From Octopus sinensis (taxonomy: Eukaryota), in the NCBI RefSeq assembly GCF_006345805.1, contig NC_043008.1, positions 32,116,001 through 32,180,000 on the forward strand: 64,000 nt of DNA. Direction: 5' to 3'. The notes under the pieces are model-generated. The model was not told where the DNA came from and searched no databases. It worked only from the letters and a program-made list of their open reading frames with translations. Below are positions 40,161 to 51,835 of this stretch, in pieces. The number at the start of each line of letters is the position of its first letter. Within the stretch, counting starts at the first letter, position 1. A program made the translations under genes and the position numbers.

Positions 40161-41113
40161 TTTGATTTTGATTTTCCAGTTTCAGCTAATGAGCTGTGGC
40201 CATGCTGGGGCACCGCCATGTGGTTTGCTACACGGTTTTACCTCACGGATGTTTTTTTAGCAAACGCCATCTGATGCATGAGAGAGTTCGATGCAGCTGC
40301 CTCATCTGCGCCTCTGCCGTGAAGTTGGTTTCATCCGGCGACACCTGACAGGAAGAAATCCAGTCCTACTTTAAAGACATCCGCATCTACACCATGCAGG
40401 TCCCTCAGGTTCTTCGGGAGGATATTGAAGAGCCGTGGGCCTCTGAAGCCAGGCTATCACAATATCTTGTCCGACATCTTGATGGCAAATTTGGAGTCCT
40501 TGGTACTACGCAGTGGCGTCCAGTTCTGGCATTGTGTGACTCTCTATGCCAAAGTCTGGGACAAGACCTTCCAGGATCTTCCAGATATATATTATGGCAT
40601 ATCTTTCTCGCCTACGCTCCAGGGAATAGAGCTTTAATCTCTTGAGTCTCTCCCAGTAGCTCATATGCTGCACAGAGGCTATCTTCTTCGTGTAGCTTCG
40701 TTGGATTGCCTCAAGTTCTGTGATCAACTTGACACTGGATGGTGACTATAGCTGAGAGCAATAGTCAAAGTGGCTTAGGACAAGTGTCTTCCAGAGGACC
40801 ATCATGGTTTCTTGTTCTAAAGGTTCTAAGAATCCATCCAGCCAGCCGTCTACATTTCATTGTCAGTTTAGCAACATGTACGTGAAAGGTCGCGTCAATC
40901 ACTCATGTGAATACCCAGGACACGCACTGATTGTGCCTCTGGGATTGCAATCCCTCCGGAGTCCAGTGTTTCATTGGGTATTGCATTCAGTTTTGCATGC
41001 TGATAGTATAAAGCTTGAAACTTTTCACAGCATTGACTGCATGCTATTCTTTTCAGCCCACTTGTATATTTCGTCCAGCTCACATTGCAGGTGCTTAGTG
41101 TCTTCAGGGTTCT
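40161..41113 (-). mobile_element. CR1-like LINE, 5' truncated
   Basis: LQCELDEIYKWAEKN.M, ELEAIQRSYTKKI..VQHMSYWERLKRLKLYSLERRRERYAIIYIWKILEGLVP; tail GGCGGTGCCCCAGCATGGCCACAGCT. Confidence 0.9.
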
Positions 41114-41157
41114 GTATATAGATATATATTACATATAAATAATATATATATATATAC

Positions 41158-41219
<62 letters not shown>

Positions 41220-41243
41220 ATATATATATACATATAAATACAT

Positions 41244-42137
41244 TCATCATCATCATCATCATCGTCGTTTAACGTCCGTTCTCCATGCTAGCATGGGTTG
41301 GACGGTTCGACCGGGGTTCTGGAAGCCAGAAGGCTGCACCAGCTCCAGTCTAAATTTGGCAATGTTTCTACAGCTGGATGCCCTTCCTTAACGCCAACCA
41401 CTCCGTGAGTGTAGTGGGTGCTTTTACGTGCCACCTGCCCAGGTGCCAGGCGGGGCTGGCAACGGCCACGGTCAGATTGGCGTATTTTATGTGCCACCGG
41501 CACGGAAGCCAGTCGAGGCGGTGCTGGCATCGGCCACGAGTCGGATAGTGCTTTTAACGTACCACCAGACCAGGGATCCTGGCTGGTTCAATTCGATTTC
41601 GATTTCGCTTGCCCCAACATGTCTTCACAAGCAAAGGGGGTTGGCAAGGGTGCCTGTCGTATGGTCGCATTGGAGTATATTTTACTGCCACGGCCACGAG
41701 TCGGATAGTGCTTTTTACGTACCACCAGACCAGGGATCCTGGCTGGTTCAATTCGATTTCGATTTTGCTTGCCCCAACATGTCTTCACAAGCAAAGGGGG
41801 TTGGCATGGGTGCCTGTCGTACGGTCGCATTGGAGTATTTTACGTGCCACGGCCACGAGTCGGATAGTGCTTTTTACGTACCACCAGGCCAGGGATCCTG
41901 GCTGGTTCAATTCGGTTTCGATTTCGATTTCGCTTGCCCCAACATGTCTTCGCAAGCATGGGGTTGGCATGGGTGTCTGTCGTCGGATGAGGTTCTATAT
42001 ATCGACTTCGCTTGCCTCAACCGGTCTTTGTGTCCAAGGGAGGAAGGCATTCATAAGTGGGCTGGGCTCACTTGTCCTGCCTGGTCTTCTCACGTACAGA
42101 ATATTTCCAAAGGTCTCGGTCTCTGGTCTGAGGTCTC
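41244..42137 (-). mobile_element. RTE LINE 3' end: ORF stop plus long 3' UTR with 160-bp tandem repeats
   Basis: TRDRDLWKYSVREKTRQDK* at about 42130-42070; repeat units start at 41533, 41693 and 41852; (GAT)n tail. Confidence 0.85.
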
Positions 42138-42284
42138 GATATATACATATATATATAATATATATATAGATATATATATATATTACATACTAAATATATA
42201 TATACATAAATATATATATAATATATACATATAAATATATATATATATATATATACATATAAATATAATATATATATAATATAA

Positions 42285-42576
42285 TTAATTACATTATATA
42301 AAAGGGCTTAGTAAAATAAATTACTTTGCCGCATACTGAACTCGTTAGAAATAGCAGCTAAAAAAAACTATTTCTAACACTTAAGAAACCTCTCTCATAT
42401 AGTGTTTGCTCAATTCAACTCAAGAAAGTATACTTTCTTGAGTTGAATTGAGCAAACACTATATGGAGAGAGTTTTTCTTTAAGTGTTAGAATAGTTTTT
42501 TTAGCTGCTATTTCTAACGAGTTCAGTATGCGGCAAAGTAATTTATTTTACTAAGCCCTTTATATAATGTAATAAT
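42285..42576. repeat. Near-perfect spacer-less palindrome (about 145-bp arms)
   Basis: Centre GTATAC at 42428-42433. Confidence 0.95.
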
Positions 42577-42659
42577 TTGATTTGCCTTAAATGGTCCCTT
42601 TGCATACTGAATCTTGGTGAAATTGATTAATTAATTAATTAATTTTACCCTCAATTGTT

Positions 42660-42739
42660 GAAAATATATATATATATATATATACATATAAATATATATA
42701 TATACATATAAATATATATATATACATATAAATTATAGA

Positions 42740-42813
<74 letters not shown>

Positions 42814-42835
42814 TTATAATATATAATATATATAC

Positions 42836-42912
<77 letters not shown>

Positions 42913-42960
42913 ATATATATATATACATATATATTATATATATATATATAATATATATAG

Positions 42961-42994
<34 letters not shown>

Positions 42995-43362
42995 TTATAT
43001 ATATTATAATATACATATATATATATATAATATAAATATATATATATATAATATACATAATAAATATAATAAAATATATTAGGGAATGAATCCAAAATTA
43101 CAGGGAAAAATCAGATTTAGGGTTAATCCAATTTTATAGTAAAATATTATATAATATAATTCGAGACAAAACCACTATTTTAAAACCAAACAAGAAAAGA
43201 CTTAATCAATACATAAAATTTTATATAAATTAAATAAATAAAATATTTATTTATTTATATAAAATTTTATGTATTGATTAAGTCTTTCTTGTTGGTTTTT
43301 AAAATAGTGGTTTTGTCTCGAATTTAATTATACAACATATAAATATATATATACATAAAATA

Positions 43363-43401
<39 letters not shown>

Positions 43402-43437
43402 CTATAAATATATATATATATATATACATATAAATAC

Positions 43438-43468
<31 letters not shown>

Positions 43469-43609
43469 AATACATATAAATATATATATAATAAATATAT
43501 TTATATATATACATATAAATATATATATATATAATATATATATTATATTATATATATATACATATAAATATATATATATATACATATAAATAATATATAT
43601 ATATACATA

Positions 43610-43682
<73 letters not shown>

Positions 43683-43697
43683 AATATAATATATATA

Positions 43698-43753
<56 letters not shown>

Positions 43754-43765
43754 ATATATATATAT
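42660..43765. repeat. (TA)-rich microsatellite field containing a palindrome at 43158-43324
   Basis: aattcgagacaaaaccactattttaaaa.. is mirrored at 43280-43324. Confidence 0.9.
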
Positions 43766-44210
43766 CATCATCATCATCATCATCGTTTAGATCCGCTTTC
43801 CATGCTAGCATGGGTTGGACGGGTCAACTGGGGTCTGTGAAGCTGGAAGGTTTCGTCAGGCCCAGTCAGATCTGGCAGTGTTTCTACGGCTGGATGCCCT
43901 TCCTAATGCCAACCACTCCGCGAGTGTAGTGGGTGTTTTTTACGTGCCACCTGCACAGGTGCCAGACAGAGCTGGCGAACGGCCACGAACGGATGGTGCT
44001 TTTACGTGTCACCGGCACGGGGCCAGGCGATGCTGGCAACGGCCACGAACGGATGGTGCTTTTACGTGCCACCGACACGGGGCCAGACAGAGCTGGCAAC
44101 CGGCCACGAACGGACGGTGCTTTTACGTGTCACCGGCACGGGGGCCAGCCGAGGCTGGCAACGGACGCGAACGGATGGTGCTTTTACGTGCCACCGACAC
44201 GGTTGCCAGA
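43766..44210 (-). mobile_element. RTE-type 3' UTR with about 61-bp tandem repeats
   Basis: TTTTACGTG(C/T)CACC recurs about every 60-62 bp (five times); (GAT)n tail. Confidence 0.85.
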
Positions 44211-44251
44211 TATATATATATATATAAATATATATATACATATATACATAC

Positions 44252-44282
<31 letters not shown>

Positions 44283-45369
44283 TATATTGATGCAAACACA
44301 AAAAAAGCGAACAAAAACATTATGTCCCTTTTCCATTATCTGGGTTCGATATGATGTTCTAGTTGTTCAGGTCATTGGTATTTCCATTGTCTTGTCAAGG
44401 AGCACGGTTGTTTATGGCCGTTGGTACTTGATCTCTGGCCCTCTACAGTCACAGAAAGTTTAAAGAAGATAAAGTTTTGGATGGGAAACATGCACTATTA
44501 CGTATGGTATGCCTCTCTTTCTGGCTGGATGGTCTCATATATATGGATAGCGCTGAGTTGTGAGAGGGTAGTCGGGGAGAGAGACGGACAGGGAGAGACG
44601 CAGTCTGAGAGAGACAAAGAGGGGCAGAGAGAGATACACAGAGCTAGAGATGGACGACTTAACAACTGGCAAGTGATGTTGTGGGATACTGCGCTTAGCC
44701 AGCTTTTTGCCAAAGTTGCAGACGTAAAATGAAAGAACTGTTGCTGGTAAATGTTTTTTTATGTTTTAAAGGAAAACGAACTTTGAGATGTTAAATGTTT
44801 AAAAAAACAAACTTTGTGATGTTAAATGTTTGAAAAGAAAAGAAGACGAAGAAAAAGAACTTTGTGTTGTTAAATATGTTTTTTTAAAAGAAAAGAAAGA
44901 AAAAAAGAACTGAGTTGTTGTTGACTGCACTTTTAAAAGAAATGAAAAGAAAAAAAGAAAAGAAAGTAGCAAAAGGACTGTGTTAAATGTTTTTTGAGAA
45001 AAAAAAAAAAACTTTGTGACGTTAAATGTTTGAAAAGTAAAGAAGAAAAAGAAAAAGAACTTTGTGTTGTTAAATGTTAAATGTGTTTTTAAAGGAACAA
45101 AGGAAAGAAAAAAAGAGAACTTTCCAAAAAACTATTGTTGTTGAATGTTTTTTTTTTCAAAAAAAAGTTTACTTTGAATACGCAACATTTTGTGTGTGTT
45201 AATTTTGTTGTTGGCTCTACTGACTATGTTTCGCTGCTTCACCGTCGGGAGTGGGTTTCTGATTTGCTGAGCGTTGTCACACGCGAGCTTCTCTGGGCCA
45301 GCAAACCATGGGCTGTTTGTGTGTGGACCTGCGTGCGGCGCAACAATGCATATATATATGTATGTATTG

Positions 45370-46659
45370 AAGCAATTAATGAACTGTTCAAAAGTGGATG
45401 TGGTATATGTCGACTTTGCAAAGGCATTTGACAAGGTTGACCATGGAATGATACGCCACTAAATACGGGGACTCGGCATCACAGGTAAAGTCGGAGAGTG
45501 GCTGCATGATTTCCTAAAGGACAGTAGCCAAACTGTAGCAGCCAGCGGAGCTCTCTCTACAAAGACAGCAATAGTGAGTGGAGTGCCCCAGGGCACTGTG
45601 CTGGGGCCACTACTTTTCATGGTAGCCCTATCGGATATGCCATCAGTGACAGAGGCAGTCATGCTTACCAGCTATGCCAACGACACAAAACTCGCACAGT
45701 CATTCAAAGAAACCTCTGATGCTACACTCTTACAGAAAGATCTAGATGCCATCTATACATGGGCTGAGGATAAAAACATGCAATTTAATGCAAGTAAATT
45801 CCAGGCCCTCTGCTACTAGTTAAACACTGCTCAGGAATCACGATATCAGTACGTTGGACCAAGTAGAGCAACAATCCCACAATCAAATTACGGTTCATGA
45901 TCTTGGAATAGAAATGAGCAATAATGCCTCATTTCACTCTCATATCAACAAAATGGTAGCAGTATCTAGAAGACTGGCCGGTTGGATTCTGAGAACCTTC
46001 CAGACAAGGGACCAAGAAACTATGATGACACTATGGAAGTCCTTTATCCTCAGCTGACTGGACTACTGCTCTCAGCTATGGTCACCATATACTACAAGGA
46101 TGATAGCAGAGCTTGAAGCAGTCCAATGATATTACACAAAGAAAGTTGCATCAATGGAACAATTGAGCTACTGGGACAGGTTGACAGAGCTGTGACTCTA
46201 TTCCCTGGAATGAAGGCAGGAGAGGTATGCTGTGATATATATATGGAAGATACGAGAAGGACTGGTACCAAACTTTGGAATAAAGAGCTATACCAGATTA
46301 CAAACAGGATGTCACTGTGCTGTCCCCAGTGTGCTGACTGCTTCATCTCGGGCAAGGGCGATGTACTGCAATAGCTTGGGTTTCAAGGGCCCACAGCTGT
46401 TGAACTGTCTGCCGAAGCATCTGAGGAGACTCCATGAAGTAGATGTAGACGTTTTCAAACGTGAACTTGACCTCTGGCTTGCCGAGATCCTGGATGAGCC
46501 AACATCTAAGCAAGAAACTCAAAAGTGGGCTGTAGCATCGAACTCCGTCCCTCACCAAAAGCCACTCCGACAAAGGTGGAAAGTGGAAAGAATATTACAA
46601 TGGCGGTGCTCCAGCATGGCCACAGTCATTGGACTGAAACATGTAAGAGAATAAGAGAA
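45370..46659 (+). mobile_element. CR1-like LINE, RT through 3' tail, inactivated
   Basis: DVVYVDFAKAFDKVDHG, SGVPQGTVLGPLLF, YANDTK (YADD mutated), LQKDLDAIYTWA; tail GGCGGTGCTCCAGCATGGCCACAGTC..GACTGAAAC. Confidence 0.92.
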
Positions 46660-47650
46660 TGTCTGGTCTTCTTGCCTCAATAGTATGGTCAGTCTTTATG
46701 GTGAAGTCCCACAAGACCTTGTCATTCTCATTTTCTATCACAGCTTCTGTCTCATGTTCATACCACTTTTCTGTTGATTTGAAGAACCATACTTGACTAA
46801 TATTCCTATGCTCTCTTTTACCTACACAGTCATGTCTGCACTTGTATTGCCTTTGTGCTAGTATACTGCGTTCACTCAAAATGTGATTGATACTCTTGAC
46901 TTTTTTCCTGCAGATTCTACATTTGCTGACTGAGTTTTGTCAATCTTTGCTTTTATCAAAATTGTTCTAAGGGCTTGTTCCTGAGCAGCTATAATTAACA
47001 TTTCTGTTTCTCATTTGAAGTTTCTGTCTGTCAACCAAAGTACCAGTTTGTTTCACTTCCAACATTCCTGGTTTGTTGCATGTAATTTCATTTCTTTTCA
47101 TTTGTGGTTCTTCCATTTCTGTTCGAATTCCACTGTTTCAGTCACTTTTTGGGTATCTCTAGCTGCCAAGAAGTATTCTTTCTTTACTTTGCACAACATA
47201 ATTTTTCAGACCCAGTATCACTGAACCAATAGTGTCTTCTAAGATTTGTAGTCCTCACCATCTTCCCTTCTTCGCAGATAAAATCAGTCAGTATTACTTT
47301 TAGGATGGAGTGTGTTGTGTTCTGTTAGCAGCATCCTGATTCATCTACCTGAGTCCTGCAACTTGATCTTTGTCCATTTCAGAAAGAGGCAAAATATCTC
47401 AATACTGGCTTTGTCCATTTATGGATTTAATGATGTTCCCTCCATTTAATTTTGTTTTCAGCACCTTCTTAATTCTCTTCTTGTACTCTTTAGTGACTTT
47501 CTTTTGCATTTCTCTTTCCATTATATTATTATTATTATTTTACTTCTCAGAGCTCTCAATCTTACTTGCTCTGGTTGATTCTGTGAGAGATCTCACAGGG
47601 TCTCTTTCTGCAAATTATAAGCTTTGGTACTTGAATGTTAACTTATCATG
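46660..47650 (-). mobile_element. R4/Dong-like (RLE) LINE fragment
   Basis: KEYKKRIKKVLKTKLNGGNIIKSIN; KWYEHE...VIENENDKVLWDFTIKTDHTIEARRPDI. Confidence 0.85.
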
Positions 47651-47799
47651 GAAGACACTCAACAGCTGAGCACCAGTCTCAAAATCCTAACTGTCCCCAG
47701 TAGAGCAGTTTTTTGGGCCTGCTCTGCCCTACAATTTCTCCAGTTATTTATTATTATTGTTGTCATTATTATTTATTATATATTATTATTATTATTAAG

Positions 47800-48240
47800 G
47801 CAGCAAGCTGGCAGAATTGTTAGCATGCCAAGCAAAATGCTTAGCAGTATTTTAGCTGTCTTCATGTTCTGAGTTCAGATTCTGCCCAGGTCAACTTTGC
47901 CTTTCAACCTTTTTGAGGTCAATGAAATAAGTACCAGTTTCACTGGCCCCCTTCCTCCAAAAAATTTTCACGGTCTTGTGCCTAGAGTAGAAATTATTAC
48001 TATTATTATTATCATTATTATTATTATTATTATTAAGGCATTGAGCTTGTAGAAATATGAGTGCATTGGATAAAATAACGTAGTAGCATTTTTAAAGCTC
48101 TTTTCATGCTGAATTCAAATTCCACTGAGATCAACTTTGCCTTTCATTTTTTTTGTGAGTTGATTAGATAATATACCAGTCATGTACTGGGCTTGATGTA
48201 ATCGACTATCCCTATCCCTTTGAAATTATTGGACTTGTGA
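47800..48240 (+). mobile_element. Two degenerate SINE family B copies separated by (ATT)n
   Basis: aagctggcagaattgttagca..atgcttagcagtattt..gttctgagttcaga..ggtcaactttgcctttca, repeated from 48035. Confidence 0.75.
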
Positions 48241-48364
48241 AAAAATTTGATAAAATTACTATTATTTTGTGATTTAATAGATTCTCTCTTGAAATTTAAT
48301 TGAAGTATTTTGTTCTCTACTGTTTCATTCATTATTGTCATATTTTGTTTCTTTACACTTTAAG

Positions 48365-49334
48365 GTGATTATTCTGGTTACTCTTGTCAGCGTGCTCACT
48401 GCATACCTTGCATAAGAGACAGTTCCTGTCTGGGCCAGCCTGATGGAAATTACACGCGAGAAAGAACATTTCCTTCTGGATCATATATTACCTGCTATCT
48501 AGAAAGACTCATTGCTTACCATAGTTGCTCAGGACAACTTTTATTTTCACCTAGTGAAAATAAGTGTGTTAGTTTCTTCAATCTTCGGAAAGAAGAAGGT
48601 GGAATGAGACCTGACTGTAGATTTCGTGCTGATGGATATTACCCTGATGAAATAGGCCGCTGTGACCATTACTTCCAGTGTAACAACACTAAATTTCAAG
48701 GTCACTCTTCATGCAGTAGTGGAATGACCTTCAATCCTGTTTTAAAGACATGTCAATCACAAGATCAAGTTTCTCCCCCATGTGGAGTGGGTAATCCACC
48801 CAGCTGTGTGGGGAGACAAGATGGTTTATATGCTGACTTAGATGGCCGTTGTACATATTATTTTGTGTGCAACCAATCTGCCTTCCAGGAGTTTCATACT
48901 TGTTCTACTGAGCAAGCTTTCAACCCTTATCTGCATAGCTGTGTAAAGGGAATCGAATCACAAATCAAACCATGCGGTATTCAAGACAACCCTTGTAAAA
49001 ATCGTTCGACTGGCTTTTATCTTCATAATTCCTCAAGCTCCCAGTATTATGAATGCCATCAAGGATTGTTTATTTATTTTGGAACATGTCCAAAGGGTCA
49101 GACCTTCAGCATTTCATCAAAACTATGTGAGAATCTTTGTGTCAACAAAAAAGATGGACGCTACAAATCACCAGAAGCAGAATGCTTTGGCTTCTATGAA
49201 TGCAGTCAACAGAAGTTCCTTGGGTTGACTCAGTGTACTAATCAACTGAATGGAACACGATTCAATTCACTAAATGGAACATGTGACCAGCCACAAAATG
49301 TATGTCCACCATGTGGTACCAAATCGTTTGACTG
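48365..49334 (+). CDS. 970-bp exon encoding a Cys/His linker and five CBM14 chitin-binding repeats
   Basis: ttttgtttctttacactttaAG acceptor; the open frame starts well before the ATG at 48604 (DYSGYSCQRAHCIPCIRDSSCLGQPDG...); GTATGT donor at 49335 (or read-through to the stop at 49365 with AATAAA at 49447). Confidence 0.93.
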
Positions 49335-50368
49335 GTATGTATTATTTCATAATAGTTTTATATAATCTTACAGCTTTTGTTTGTATTTTCTACTGAAATG
49401 CATTTTTGCCCCAAGAATTTCTTGATTCAATCTTAGTTATTTGGGGAATAAAAGTATTTAGCATTGGTCTTCCCTCTTGATGCAAACAAACTCTTCAGGA
49501 TTTAAATCACATTTCCTTTCTGATTCAAATCACCATCCCTTCTTTATTCAACTTGCTTTCCCTCCCTGATTTGGTTTCAAAGAAAGTGGAGAGCTGGTGG
49601 TTCAAGATGCTGTTGAATGTGTGAATTACTAAACATTTGTATCAAACTTTTGTCTTAAATTCTACTCATTCTTGCTTGGTCTGCTAGAGAGCAGTGAAAA
49701 TCCTTAAATCACACCCTACCATCTTCATAAAGGAAATATTGGAAAATTTAAACAAAAATTTATATCAAAAGATGGTATGGTCATCAAAAGTTAGAGATCC
49801 TGTTTGCACAATAAAGGATTATTGAAAGATGGTTAACCATCCAATAAAGGATGGTTAACATATGGACAAATTATATCACTATCTGTAGATATGTAAAACA
49901 GTAGTTGAATAAGTGATAACATATATAAGGTAGTGGGAATAAGTCTAATTAGATTAGAAATACTTATGCAGTGAGGAAAAGACAACACTAGCTGCATGAC
50001 ATGTAGTATTTTAATATATTCAGCAAGTATGAGAGACAACTCCAAGTAAGTTTCAATCTTAGATTTTTTTGGCAAGACATTAACTCTATTGTACTTGCCA
50101 AAGATTATCACTAAATAAGTGTAGTCTTGATATTACCATGTTATAATTGTAACTTGCTACAGGTCACTAAAGGACATTATTGGCTAATATAGGTTACTTT
50201 GATGAGTGTGTATAACTGCAGGTAAGAAGTGTGTTTTGCAGTCATGTGGTTTCGGGTTCCCTTCTACCACACAGCACCTTGGTGATGTGTCTGTCATTAT
50301 ATTTACTGTAGCCACAGACCAACTAATGCTTTGTGTGTAAATTTGATAGACAGAAAGTGTTTATTATA

Positions 50369-50414
<46 letters not shown>

Positions 50415-50418
<4 letters not shown>

Positions 50419-50850
50419 GTTGGTGCAAAAGTAATGTCCAATTTAAAGATCTAAAGTAAAAATGAATAAGCCAATGACTATGGAAATATTTATTCATTAA
50501 CATACTCTCCATTGCTTTCAATGATCCCATTCCATCTTTCAACAACCTTATAAATGCCTTGCTTGTAAAATTTTGTAGGTTTAGAACCAAAATATGAATC
50601 CAACTCATTTTCAATCTCTTCTCTTGTTGTTAACCTAAGTCCATCAAAATTGTTCTGTAGTCCTTGGAACAAATGGTAATCAGAAGGAGGAAGGTCAGGA
50701 AAATATGGAGGATGAGGCAGTATTTCCCAACCAAGTTCTTCCAAGAGAGTTTTAGTCAGTCGAGCTGTGTGAGGATGAGCACTATCGTGATAGATGATAC
50801 CCTTTCTGTGTTCACCATGCGTGCAAGCATGCGTAAATTGCATGAAAAAT
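50415..50850 (-). mobile_element. Mariner transposase 3' fragment with one TIR
   Basis: HDSAHPHTARLT..LLEELGWEILPHPPYFPDLPPSDYHLF; TIR-like caggttggtgcaaaagtaat at 50416. Confidence 0.9.
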
Positions 50851-50979
50851 AAAAAATCAAGATATAAAAACGAATCGCCATAAACATTGTAGAAATTCGG
50901 CAAAGAAATGAATTTTCGGGATGTAGCCTGGAGGGTTTTTTCGTATTAATATATATATATATATATATCATCATATATA

Positions 50980-51660
50980 TCTGTATGTATATATATATAT
51001 ATATATATACATATATATATGAGAGTATGATAAACTCTTCCTTCTGTAGAAGAAAAAATTCAAATCGGACCATGTTAACACCAAAAATTATTTACATCAA
51101 AAAGGTGCCTTTTTTCTATGAAAATCCCTATTTTTTATGATGTTTTGACTGCTGTGTCACCATTTTTTGGTGTATTTCACTTAAAGAGAATAACAAGCTA
51201 CATACTACCAAATTTTTACTTTTCAAAAATTCCAATTGTAAAGGGTCTAAACAAACCACAATGCCGGGCAATACTGCTAGTATATATATATATAAATACA
51301 ATATATATATGTGTGTATATACATATATATATATATATATAATATATATATACATATATATATATGAGAGTATGATAAACTCTTCCTTCTGTAGAAGAAA
51401 AAATTCAAATCGGACCATGTTAACACCAAAAATTATTTACATCAAAAAGGTGCCTTTTTTCTATGAAAATCCCTATTTTTTATGATGTTTTGACTGCTGT
51501 GTCACCATTTTTTGGTGTATTTCACTTAAAGAGAATAACAAGCTACATACTACCAAATTTTTACTTTTCAAAAATTCCAATTGTAAAGGGTCTAAACAAA
51601 CCACAATGCCGGGCAATACTGCTAGTATATATATATATAAATACAATATATATATGTGTG

Positions 51661-51698
<38 letters not shown>

Positions 51699-51700
51699 AG
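50980..51700 (+). mobile_element. Short Helitron present as an identical 345-bp tandem duplicate
   Basis: GCCGGGCAATACTGCTAG|T at 51277-51280 and 51622-51625; both copies share the same downstream flank. Confidence 0.7.
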
Positions 51701-51709
51701 CAAACAGAT

Positions 51710-51728
51710 ACTACTGTTGCCGCTGCTG

Positions 51729-51764
<36 letters not shown>

Positions 51765-51794
51765 TTACTACTGCTGCTGCTGCTGCTGCTACTG

Positions 51795-51833
<39 letters not shown>

Positions 51834-51835
51834 TC
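51710..51835. repeat. Compound trinucleotide microsatellite (GCT/ACT/AAT)
   Basis: Direct reading. Confidence 0.95.

Noticed and set aside
41418-44463. Long GC-rich ORFs (268, 186, 179, 176 aa) and CRISPR-like regular repeats
   Set aside because: They come from tandem repeats in RTE 3' UTRs. There are no unique spacers or cas genes, and the DNA is eukaryotic.
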